A stretch of DNA of 64,000 nt, from NCBI GenBank assembly GCA_021824345.1, contig JAKAKW010000006.1, positions 10,257-74,256 of the forward strand, in the 5' to 3' direction. The notes below the pieces were generated by a model. The model was not told where the DNA came from. It saw nothing but the letters and a program-made list of their open reading frames with translations, and did no database searches. The first letter of the stretch is position 1. Every line of letters starts with the position of its first letter. This DNA comes from a bacterium. GTDB taxonomy: Bacteria > Patescibacteriota > Minisyncoccia > Phycocordibacterales > UBA9973. The translations under genes were made by a program, and so were the position numbers. Shown here piece after piece: positions 9,239-16,805 of this stretch.

Positions 9239-10786
9239 ATGAAGAACAAAAAAAATATTAGCAAGCCCAATAATGACATCATCTACATCAGGGTAAGCTC
9301 AAAAGAACAGATTGAGAATTTTTCTTTGGACAATCAAGAAAAGTTCTGCAGAGAGTTTTGCAGGAGAACTGAACATAATGTATTGGCAGTTTTCAGAGAG
9401 GAAGGAGAATCAGCCAAGACAGCAGCCAGAACTCAACTGCAAAAAATGATAAGGTTTTGTGAGGTAAACAAAAAGCAGGTTGATAGGGTTGTAATTTACA
9501 AGGTAGATAGATTCTTCAGGAATGCTGGAGAGCACCTTGCTCTAAGAGCCACATTAAGAAAATTAAATATTTCTCTTGTGTCCGTTACTGAAGCATTTGA
9601 TGATACTCCAAGTGGCAAACTTCAGGAAACAATGTTGGCAGCCTTTGCCCAATTTGACAATGATGTCCGATCTCAAAGGACATATGAAGGCATGAGAGCA
9701 AGAGCCTTGAAAGGATTATGGCCAAATATTGCACCATGGGGCTATGTTAATACCAAAGATAAGTCAGGCAATAAAATTATTGCACCTCATCCTGAAAGAG
9801 CTCCTGTTGTGAAAATGATTTTTCAGGCTTATGCCACTGGAAAGTATAGTTTTAAGGAAATAGCATCTATGGCAAACAAATCTGGGCAGAAATCAAGGCA
9901 TGGATTGAGAATGAGCAAACAATTGGTTGTAAAAATAATTAAGAACCCAATTTACTATGGAAGAATTGCCATTCAGAAGCTTGATGTTGATGTGCAGGGA
10001 AGCCATGAGCCAATAGTTTCTAAGGAGTTATATGATGAAGCAAACTCTGGCAAAAGAAGTATTCATGGTCGGAAAATGCCCAGGAACAGGGATAGTCCCA
10101 CTTTTCCCTTGCGTGGGATTAAGTGCGGTGGTTGCTACAAAAGCATAACTGGTGGAAAGACCAGAAGTAAAACAGGCAGGTATTATCAATACTATGGCTG
10201 TTTTTGTGGTGATTGTTCCAAAAGGACCGCCATTCCCAAAGAGGATTTTGAGAATGAGTTTACAAAGTTCCTCTTTAAAATTACTCCTAGTGATAAACAC
10301 CTTAATGTATTAGGGGAGGCAATTAAGCTTGCCCACAAGAGTGAATTTAACTACATTCTGAATGAGGAAAAAAGATTGAACAACAGAATGGAGGAATTAA
10401 AGGAAAGGAAGGACAAGCTGTTGGATTTGAGAATTGAAGGGAAAATAAATGATGAAGATTTTACTCCTGCCAATGATAAATTGAAATTACAGATCGGAGA
10501 AGTTGAAAAAGAATTGAGTGAGCTGTCTTCTCCTGAACTTGAAATAGATAATGTGGTTGATTCCGGAATAAGTTTTATAAAGAATTTTCCTTATATATGG
10601 AGAAAACTGCATCCAAAGGATTTGAGAGTTTTAAGAAACCTTCTTTTCATGGGAAATCTTGTTTATCATTATCCAACTATCAAAACCCCTGAAGCATCCT
10701 GTATCTACAAGGTAAAACCTGAATTATTGGATGATAAGAATCGTTTTGTGACCTTACCGGGAATCGAACCCGGATTACTTGCTTGA
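9239..10786 (+). CDS. Large serine recombinase (site-specific integrase/resolvase family)
   Basis: N-terminal resolvase catalytic motif IIYIRVSSKEQ. A recombinase domain, a zinc-ribbon (CGGCYKS...YGCFCGDC) and a C-terminal coiled coil follow. The 515 aa length is typical of large serine recombinases, and the 3' end overlaps tRNA-Glu. Confidence 0.85.
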   Translation: MKNKKNISKPNNDIIYIRVSSKEQIENFSLDNQEKFCREFCRRTEHNVLAVFREEGESAKTAARTQLQKMIRFCEVNKKQVDRVVIYKVDRFFRNAGEHLALRATLRKLNISLVSVTEAFDDTPSGKLQETMLAAFAQFDNDVRSQRTYEGMRARALKGLWPNIAPWGYVNTKDKSGNKIIAPHPERAPVVKMIFQAYATGKYSFKEIASMANKSGQKSRHGLRMSKQLVVKIIKNPIYYGRIAIQKLDVDVQGSHEPIVSKELYDEANSGKRSIHGRKMPRNRDSPTFPLRGIKCGGCYKSITGGKTRSKTGRYYQYYGCFCGDCSKRTAIPKEDFENEFTKFLFKITPSDKHLNVLGEAIKLAHKSEFNYILNEEKRLNNRMEELKERKDKLLDLRIEGKINDEDFTPANDKLKLQIGEVEKELSELSSPELEIDNVVDSGISFIKNFPYIWRKLHPKDLRVLRNLLFMGNLVYHYPTIKTPEASCIYKVKPELLDDKNRFVTLPGIEPGLLA

Positions 10787-10820
10787 GAAGCAAGTGTCCT
10801 AACCGTTAGACGATAAGGCC
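10749..10820 (-). tRNA. tRNA-Glu (anticodon CTC)
   Basis: Cloverleaf folded by hand. The acceptor GGCCTTA/TAAGGTC pairs with a G-T wobble at 2-71 (a D-stem G-T wobble as well). D arm GTCT/GGAC, anticodon stem CTTGC/GCAAG with loop TTCTCAA, T arm CCGGG-TTCGATT-CCCGG. No encoded CCA. Confidence 0.8.
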
Positions 10821-11495
10821 GTCGGGAAAATATTAGCATTTATTTGGACAATAAAAAAGCACGTCAGCCGTCGGGACGTGCAATGAAAATTCATACATAC
10901 AGAACACCTGCCTTGCGCCGCTATCACCACCTCCTTTCACTTTGACGGACGGCTTCAGTGAACTTCAGGTAAAGATTATATTAACAGTAATGAAAGTCAA
11001 GAAAATCTGTTGAAAAATAAAACGGCCCTGAACTAGTGGCATCTAGTCAGGGCTTTAATTATTTGCCACTTAAGTGGCGAGGATACAATACACCCTAAAA
11101 TTTTGTTTTTTCAATTATGTCAGGACAAAACGCTAGGGAGGCTTTGATTCCATTGGGATAGAATCATCACCATTTGAGAAAGTTTTCCAGGGATTGTACT
11201 CGCCCTGAAAGGAGGTGACAGGAACGTACGGAATATAAATCATTCTCACCTCTCAATTTTTAAAATTTTAAAAATAACTTTAATTCTGAGCCCGACTTGT
11301 GTCGAACCTTTTGTTACTCTAGGCAACATAACAGCATTTTATGACGTCTAGCGCCTAGGTTAAGAATGCTTTCCGATTTGCTATTTAGGAAATACTTACT
11401 TTTTTTTATTTTAAAATAACAAGTCAGGCTCGGGTATTACCTTACAACTTCCACAAGAAGTGTCAATACAAACAGTGGAAAACTTCTGAAAGGCA

Positions 11496-11548
11496 AAGGC
11501 CGGCCTCCGACCCAGGTCGGAGGCCGGCCGTCTTTGTTTTCTCTTTTA
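11496..11548. terminator. Bidirectional rho-independent terminator (14-bp GC stem GGCCGGCCTCCGAC/GTCGGAGGCCGGCC, T-run on the plus strand)
   Basis: Perfect hairpin at 11498-11529 followed by GTCTTTGTTTTCTCTTTT. It lies just downstream of the rmuC stop on the minus strand. Confidence 0.6.
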
Positions 11549-11555
11549 ATTTCCG

Positions 11556-12623
11556 CTAATCTTCCGCCTTCGGCTTTTCCAGGGCGATGGAAGACAGCTC
11601 TGGCGAAGAGCCGGCGATTTTAAGAATGTCTTTGTCTATCTTCTTGAGTTCCTTGCCCGAAGCGTTGTAGTGGTTTACCACAGTGCTAAGCGAACTGCCC
11701 AGCTTCCCATGGTATTCGTCATAGGCTTTCAAATGCCGGCCGAGGTCTTCCACTTTCTTGATGATTTCCTTGGCGGACTCTTCTATGTGCAAGGCTTTCA
11801 GTCCCTGAAGCACAGTCTGAAGGTACGCCAAGAAAGAGGTGGGGGAAGTGATGATCACTTTGTATTTGCCGGCAGCGCGCTCTATCAAGCTCTCCGCGTT
11901 TTCTTCGGAGGTGTTTCCCCCGATCTTGTTTATTAAAAGATCGTAGTAAATCGCCTCGTGCGGGATGAACATAAAAGCAAAATCCGTGGTGCCTTGCTGG
12001 GGTTGGACGTATTTTGCCGTCTCGGCAATCCTATTTTTCAAATCGTTTACGAAAACGGTTTCTAGTTTCTTCTTTTCAGCCGGATCGCGTTCCTCTACCA
12101 TACGGTTGTAGTTTTCCAGAGAGAACTTTGAATCAATCGGTATGATTTTGTCTTTCACGAATACCGCGGCGTCCACGATTGTGCCGTCGGGAAATCCGTA
12201 TTGCATCTGATAGCTTCCGGCCGGCAGGACGTTTTTGAGCACCGTCTCCAAGTAATATTCTCCCAGGATTCCGCGCTGTTTGGGATTCTTAAGAATATCT
12301 TGCAGATTCTGCAATTGGTCGGCGAAGGAAATCACTTGCTTGTTTGTCTCGTCCAAGCGAGTAAGGCGCTCGGTGATGTCTCGAATGATTTTGTTGGATT
12401 CAGAAGAATGGAATTTTAGACTCTCGTTCATCTGCTTGCTTGTTTCGCCGATCTTGGAATCAACCGTCCGGGACAAGTCGTTTAATTGCTGGAGGATCAG
12501 TTGCAGGCCGGTGTCATTTTCCGTTTTTCCCGGCGTATTTTTATTGCCAAGAAAAAGCATAACAGCCAGTCCTCCCGCCATTACCGCCAATATTCCTATT
12601 ATTATCCACAACGCCGTTTCCAT
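11556..12623 (-). CDS. rmuC: DNA recombination protein RmuC
   Basis: N-terminal TM anchor (ALWIIIGILAVMAGGLAVMLF), a long coiled coil, and a C-terminal RmuC nuclease-like region (FAFMFIPHEAIYYDL). Confidence 0.8.
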   Translation of the reverse strand: METALWIIIGILAVMAGGLAVMLFLGNKNTPGKTENDTGLQLILQQLNDLSRTVDSKIGETSKQMNESLKFHSSESNKIIRDITERLTRLDETNKQVISFADQLQNLQDILKNPKQRGILGEYYLETVLKNVLPAGSYQMQYGFPDGTIVDAAVFVKDKIIPIDSKFSLENYNRMVEERDPAEKKKLETVFVNDLKNRIAETAKYVQPQQGTTDFAFMFIPHEAIYYDLLINKIGGNTSEENAESLIERAAGKYKVIITSPTSFLAYLQTVLQGLKALHIEESAKEIIKKVEDLGRHLKAYDEYHGKLGSSLSTVVNHYNASGKELKKIDKDILKIAGSSPELSSIALEKPKAED

Positions 12624-12675
12624 TTTTGTTTATTATGACACTTTTTTGAAAGTGGGAAGCCTGGCTTTCCACAGG

Positions 12676-13395
12676 CTATTTTTGCAAATAATGCCGCAGG
12701 GTAAAGATCCAGTCTTCCTCTTCCTGCTCGCTTTTTTCTTTTTCACCCAGGAGCCACTCCAGATACGGCCGGTCGGTTTCTGCCACTTCTTCCATTTTCA
12801 TGCCTCGGTACTTTCCGAAATTCATCCGGCGGAAAATGGAAGGCTGGGAGGAAATCTCAACCATTTTTTGCAAGGCTTCCTCTTCGGACAAGTCATATTG
12901 CTCCATTATTTTCTTGCGCAAGCGCTCAAAAAGTTTTTCCAAAACCAGGACATCGCCCATGGCGTCATGAGCCGTGGCGTCAATGTCAATATCCAAAGCA
13001 TAGCGCAGATATTGCAGTTTGTACTGCGAAAGTTTTTCCTCCGGATCCAGATACCGGGCCACCCGCAGAGTGCAGATGAAGTTCTTCGGCGCGATATCCT
13101 CTTTCTTAATGATCATAAGGTCGAACAAAGCGTTGTGCGCCACAGCTACGGCATTCGGGTCCTCGAATCTTTCCTTGATTTCCGCATATTCATCGCTCTC
13201 CTTGAACGGAATCTTGTCTTCCACCATTTTGTTGGTGATATGATGCACGGCGCTCGCTTCCGGAGGAATGCGGACCGGCGGCTTGTACAGTTCCACAAAG
13301 CTTTCCTTGCCGTCCTTGTACGCCAATTGGCACAGGAAATCCGCTTCGGTATTGCCGGTAGTCTCAGTATCAAAGAAGATTATTTTCGCAGGCAT
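12676..13395 (-). CDS. DEDDh 3'-5' exonuclease domain protein (DnaQ/epsilon-like) with C-terminal extension
   Basis: Exo I motif FFDTETTG, Exo II HNALFDL, and Exo III with HDAMGD. Confidence 0.8.
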   Translation of the reverse strand: MPAKIIFFDTETTGNTEADFLCQLAYKDGKESFVELYKPPVRIPPEASAVHHITNKMVEDKIPFKESDEYAEIKERFEDPNAVAVAHNALFDLMIIKKEDIAPKNFICTLRVARYLDPEEKLSQYKLQYLRYALDIDIDATAHDAMGDVLVLEKLFERLRKKIMEQYDLSEEEALQKMVEISSQPSIFRRMNFGKYRGMKMEEVAETDRPYLEWLLGEKEKSEQEEEDWIFTLRHYLQK

Positions 13396-13415
13396 GGTTA
13401 CATTTTATCACAGTT

Positions 13416-13624
13416 TTGATATACTGGTGGCGGAGGCATGAATAGTTCCTGAGAAAAGCCTTGGTAGGCGCGTCGGCGCCGGACGGAGCAAAAGCAAACT
13501 GCTTTGCTTTTGCTCCGGTTCGGCTTTGCCGAAACTGCCGTTGCGAGTCTCAGACGAGCAGGCAGTAGGCGGAAATTTTTCAGCAGAAAAATTTCGTGCT
13601 TTTCGAGGGAAGCTATTCATGCCT
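13416..13624. repeat. Inverted-repeat element (about 30-bp imperfect terminal inverted repeats) filling the divergent promoter region between the exonuclease and YqeY genes
   Basis: TGGCGGAGGCATGAATAG(TTCCTGAGAAAAG) at 13416-13447 pairs with (CTTTTCGAGGGAAG)CTATTCATGCCTCCGCCA at 13593-13624. Internally there is a perfect 14-bp hairpin GGAGCAAAAGCAAA-CTG-TTTGCTTTTGCTCC and a 10-bp hairpin GAAATTTTTC-AGCAG-GAAAAATTTC. Confidence 0.6.
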
Positions 13625-13639
13625 CCGCCATGTGCATTT

Positions 13640-14089
13640 ATGATTCAAGAAAATATAAAAAACGGAATAAAGGAAGCCATGCTTGCGAAGGATACGGTGC
13701 GTTTGGAAACTCTGCGATTCGTTTCGGCCGCTTTTACCAACGAGTTGGTGGCCAGGGGACGCAAGCCCGACGGAGAGCTTTCGGACGAAGAATCCACGGC
13801 TGTCATCGCGCGCCTCGCCAAGCAAAGAAAAGATTCCATAGAGCAGTTCAAAAAAGGCGGGCGGGATGACTTGGTAAAAGAAGAGGAGGCCCAGCTTTCC
13901 GTCCTGGAAGGATTCCTGCCAAAGATGATGGACGGCGCCGAGATTGAGAAAATCGCCAAAGCGAAAAAAGAAGAGCTCGGACTTTCCGACCCGAAGGATA
14001 AGGGAACCTTGATGAAGGAGCTTATGAAAGAATTGAAAGGCAAGGCCGACGGATCGGCGGTAAAGGCGGCGGTGGACGGGCTTTTTTAA
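13640..14089 (+). CDS. GatB/YqeY domain-containing protein
   Basis: A YqeY-like sequence (IKEAMLAKD...LRFVSAAF...) follows M39 of the tracked ORF. The longer ORF-track start at 13526 runs through an inverted-repeat element. Confidence 0.7.
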   Translation: MIQENIKNGIKEAMLAKDTVRLETLRFVSAAFTNELVARGRKPDGELSDEESTAVIARLAKQRKDSIEQFKKGGRDDLVKEEEAQLSVLEGFLPKMMDGAEIEKIAKAKKEELGLSDPKDKGTLMKELMKELKGKADGSAVKAAVDGLF

Positions 14090-14092
14090 GTT

Positions 14093-14731
14093 ATGCATTC
14101 AGTTGAAATTCTAACCAGACTGGTTGAACATCACGAGGTATGGGCATACATTGTCATATTCCTCGGCCTTGTTTTTGAAGGGGAGGTGGTGGTGATCACT
14201 TCCGGAGTCTTGGCCTATCTTGGAGCTCTGGATTTCACCGCAGCTCTTTTCTTCATTCTGGCAGGCGGATTCACCAAGACATTGTCCTGTTATTACCTCG
14301 GCACTTTGATTCGCAGGAAGTGGCAAGGAAACAAATACATCCGTTACATAGAAAAGCGGGCGCTGTACCTCATGCCGAATTTCGAGCGCAAGCCCTTTTG
14401 GTCAATTTTCATTTCCAAATTCATCAACGGGGTGAACTATATTGTAACCATCTTTTCCGGATACAAGAAGGTGAATTTTAAGACATACCTCAAAGCGGAA
14501 ATATTGTCTACCATAATTTGGGCGCCCCTTCTGCTTTCTTTGGGATATTTTTTCAGCCATACCGCCCTGCGGGTGAGTCGGGATATCAGCCGTTTCTCTT
14601 TTGTAATAATTCTTCTCTTGGCTGCTTTCCTTTTGTTTGATAAGATAGCGGCTGGGCTTTATGAATTTTGGGAATATTTGAAGGACGGCATTTTGGGCAA
14701 CGGGAGCGACGAAAACAATGGAAAAGAATAG
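14093..14731 (+). CDS. DedA/SNARE-associated (TVP38/TMEM64 family) membrane protein
   Basis: Characteristic DedA N-terminal core (VIFLGLVFEGEVVVITSGVLAYLG) and multiple TM segments. Confidence 0.7.
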   Translation: MHSVEILTRLVEHHEVWAYIVIFLGLVFEGEVVVITSGVLAYLGALDFTAALFFILAGGFTKTLSCYYLGTLIRRKWQGNKYIRYIEKRALYLMPNFERKPFWSIFISKFINGVNYIVTIFSGYKKVNFKTYLKAEILSTIIWAPLLLSLGYFFSHTALRVSRDISRFSFVIILLLAAFLLFDKIAAGLYEFWEYLKDGILGNGSDENNGKE

Positions 14732-14754
14732 CGCAAAGCGAAGAAAGCGGGAAT

Positions 14755-14790
14755 GCGGAGGGTTATCCCTGCCTGCCGGCAGGCTCCGCC
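14755..14790. repeat. REP-like hairpin family B (GCGGAGGGTTnnCCCTGCCTGCCGGCAGGC), copy 1
   Basis: Near-identical copy at 40212-40242 and a related palindrome at 26857-26880 (CCCTGGCTGCCGGCAGGCAGGG). All are intergenic and lie 3' of genes. Confidence 0.65.
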
Positions 14791-14806
14791 CTGGACAGAT
14801 TATTAA

Positions 14807-15712
14807 ATGCATTTTATGAATAATACGATCAAAAAAATTATAACCCATAACGGATCCTTCCACGCGGATGATATTTTTTCTTGCGCGGCCGTTTCGCTCA
14901 CGCTTGAAAAGAAGGGGGAAGATTTTGAAATCGTGCGGACCCGCGACGAAGAGGTCATTGCTTCCGGCGACTACGTGTTCGATGTCGGCGGAAAATACGA
15001 CGAAACAATGAATCGATTTGACCACCATCAGCGCGGGGGAGCCGGCAAGCGGGAGAACGGAATTGAATATGCTTCCTTCGGCCTTGTTTGGAAGAAATTC
15101 GGGACAGAACTCTGCGGATCCGCCGAGGCGGCAAAAATGATTGATGAACGCCTGGCGTCTCCCGTAGACGCGTTTGATAACGGCATCGACTTGGTGGAAC
15201 TTAAGCGGGGAGTTTATCCGTACATGATACAGTTCGCCTTCACTGCCATGGAACCGACCTGGCGAGAGAAGGATTTGAACAATGACGATATGTTCAAGAA
15301 AAGCGTGGAAATGGCCAAAATGGTTTTGAAGAGAGAAATAAAGCATGCCCAAGATGCGCTGGAGGCAGACAAGGCGGTTCGAGAAATTTATGAGCACGCG
15401 GAAGACAAGCGCATAATTATTCTGGACAAGGATTATCCTTCCGATTTTCTTGAAAATGATTTCCCCGAATCTTTTTTCGTGGTATATCCGAGAAGCGACG
15501 GCACCTGGGGCGCCAAGACGGTGCGCCCGGAGGCGGACAGCTTCAGGAACCGGAAAGATTTTCCTTCAGCCTGGGCGGGGCTTCGGAACGAGGAAGCCGC
15601 AGAAGCCACCGGGGTGCCCGATGCGATTTTTTGCCACCGGGCGCGCTTCATGGCCGTGGCCAGATCTCGGGAAGGCGCCATAAAGCTGGCGGAGCTGGCG
15701 CTAGAAAGCTAA
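14807..15712 (+). CDS. MYG1/UPF0160 family metal-dependent hydrolase
   Basis: N-terminal THNGSFHADDIFSCA motif diagnostic of the MYG1 family. Confidence 0.75.
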   Translation: MHFMNNTIKKIITHNGSFHADDIFSCAAVSLTLEKKGEDFEIVRTRDEEVIASGDYVFDVGGKYDETMNRFDHHQRGGAGKRENGIEYASFGLVWKKFGTELCGSAEAAKMIDERLASPVDAFDNGIDLVELKRGVYPYMIQFAFTAMEPTWREKDLNNDDMFKKSVEMAKMVLKREIKHAQDALEADKAVREIYEHAEDKRIIILDKDYPSDFLENDFPESFFVVYPRSDGTWGAKTVRPEADSFRNRKDFPSAWAGLRNEEAAEATGVPDAIFCHRARFMAVARSREGAIKLAELALES

Positions 15713-15729
15713 AGTTGGTTCCGGAGCCG

Positions 15730-15748
15730 GTGGGAGGCAAGGCCTCCC
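15730..15748. repeat. REP-like hairpin family A (GTGGGAGGCAAGGCCTCCC), copy 1 of 3
   Basis: Identical 19-mers at 15730-15748 and 31010-31028, with an 18-of-19 match at 43813-43830. Each follows a stop codon. The stem is 7 bp with an AAG loop. Confidence 0.7.
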
Positions 15749-15767
15749 ATCTCACACTGATATAGCA

Positions 15768-16793
15768 ATGGCATTTATTGATGAAATTAAAATACACGCA
15801 GAAGCCGGGCGCGGCGGCGACGGAGTGGTGCGCTGGCGGCATGAAAAATTCATTCCACGAGGGGGACCGGCGGGCGGAGACGGAGGCCGGGGCGGAGATT
15901 TTTACGCCAAGGCGGTACTCGATATAAACGCTCTTGCCCGTTACCATGCCAAAAAAGAATTCTCCGCCGAACGGGGAGAAGACGGACACGGCAAAAGCCT
16001 GCATGGAAAGAAGGGAGACGATTTCTTTTTGGAACTGCCTGTGGGATCGGTGATAACCAATCTGGATACGGAGGAAAAGTGGCAGCTCCTGAATGAAGGA
16101 GAAACGGTCATGCTCTTGCGCGGAGGCTACGGCGGATACGGCAACGAGCATTTCAAAAGCCCTTCCAATACCACTCCTCGCGAGTGGAATCCCGGCAAGG
16201 AAGGAGAAGAAGGAAATTTTTTCATTGAACTTGAACTTTTTGCGGATCTCGGATTGATCGGCCTGCCCAGCGCCGGAAAGTCTTCTCTTTTAAACGCTCT
16301 GACTAAGTCTCGCGCTAAGGTGGGGGATTACGATTTCACAACATTGGATCCGAATCTTGGAGATTTTTACGGTTATATAATTGCCGACATTCCCGGGCTC
16401 ATAGAAGGAGCGAACGAAGGCAAAGGACTGGGAGTGAAATTCCTTCGGCATATACGCCGGACCAAAATGCTGGCGCATTTGGTCTCGTTTGAAAACATGG
16501 CCAAAGGTCCCGGCGGCGCAGCCGGCATGATTAAAGCGTACGAAGACGTGCGCGGAGAACTGGAAAAATATGACAAGAAGCTTGGGCTCGGCGACGACGG
16601 CCTGGCGAAGAAAAGGGAACTGATAATTCTTTCAAAAACGGATACCGTGAAGGGCGAGAAAGAGATAAAAGATGCCGTAAAAAAATTTCAAAAGCTTTGC
16701 CCGGATGTTTTTACCGTTTCCCTTTTTGACGATGAATCGGTAAAGCAACTTTCAGATAAATTTTCTGATATTTTAAAAAAGGCGAAAGTATAG
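15768..16793 (+). CDS. obg: GTPase Obg/CgtA
   Basis: Glycine-rich Obg fold (GGDGGRGGD), G1 motif GLPSAGKSSLLNALT and a DxxG motif. Confidence 0.9.
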   Translation: MAFIDEIKIHAEAGRGGDGVVRWRHEKFIPRGGPAGGDGGRGGDFYAKAVLDINALARYHAKKEFSAERGEDGHGKSLHGKKGDDFFLELPVGSVITNLDTEEKWQLLNEGETVMLLRGGYGGYGNEHFKSPSNTTPREWNPGKEGEEGNFFIELELFADLGLIGLPSAGKSSLLNALTKSRAKVGDYDFTTLDPNLGDFYGYIIADIPGLIEGANEGKGLGVKFLRHIRRTKMLAHLVSFENMAKGPGGAAGMIKAYEDVRGELEKYDKKLGLGDDGLAKKRELIILSKTDTVKGEKEIKDAVKKFQKLCPDVFTVSLFDDESVKQLSDKFSDILKKAKV

Positions 16794-16805
16794 TATCATT
16801 TCTGC

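Noticed and set aside
10925-10945. Sequence GCCGCTATCACCACCTCCTTTCAC resembling the 3' terminus of 16S rRNA (GGATCACCTCCTTTC)
   Set aside because: Only about 15 nt match. No upstream 16S-like sequence is present, and the region is immediately adjacent to a tRNA and an island junction. It is more likely an SD/anti-SD-like inverted repeat (its partner lies at about 11200) than an rRNA fragment.
10826-11495. Possible RNase P RNA or tmRNA in the ORF-free region
   Set aside because: Short matches to the P4 strands (ACAGAAC..., AGTCnGGCTC) and to a tmRNA-like TTCGAC are present. They are on inconsistent strands and spacing, and I could not assemble a coherent model by eye. I left the region as an unassigned ncRNA candidate rather than a call.
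12280-13419. 379-aa plus-strand ORF overlapping rmuC and the exonuclease gene
   Set aside because: It is entirely antisense to two well-supported minus-strand genes with clear motifs. Its translation is low-complexity with no recognisable features, so I treat it as a shadow ORF.
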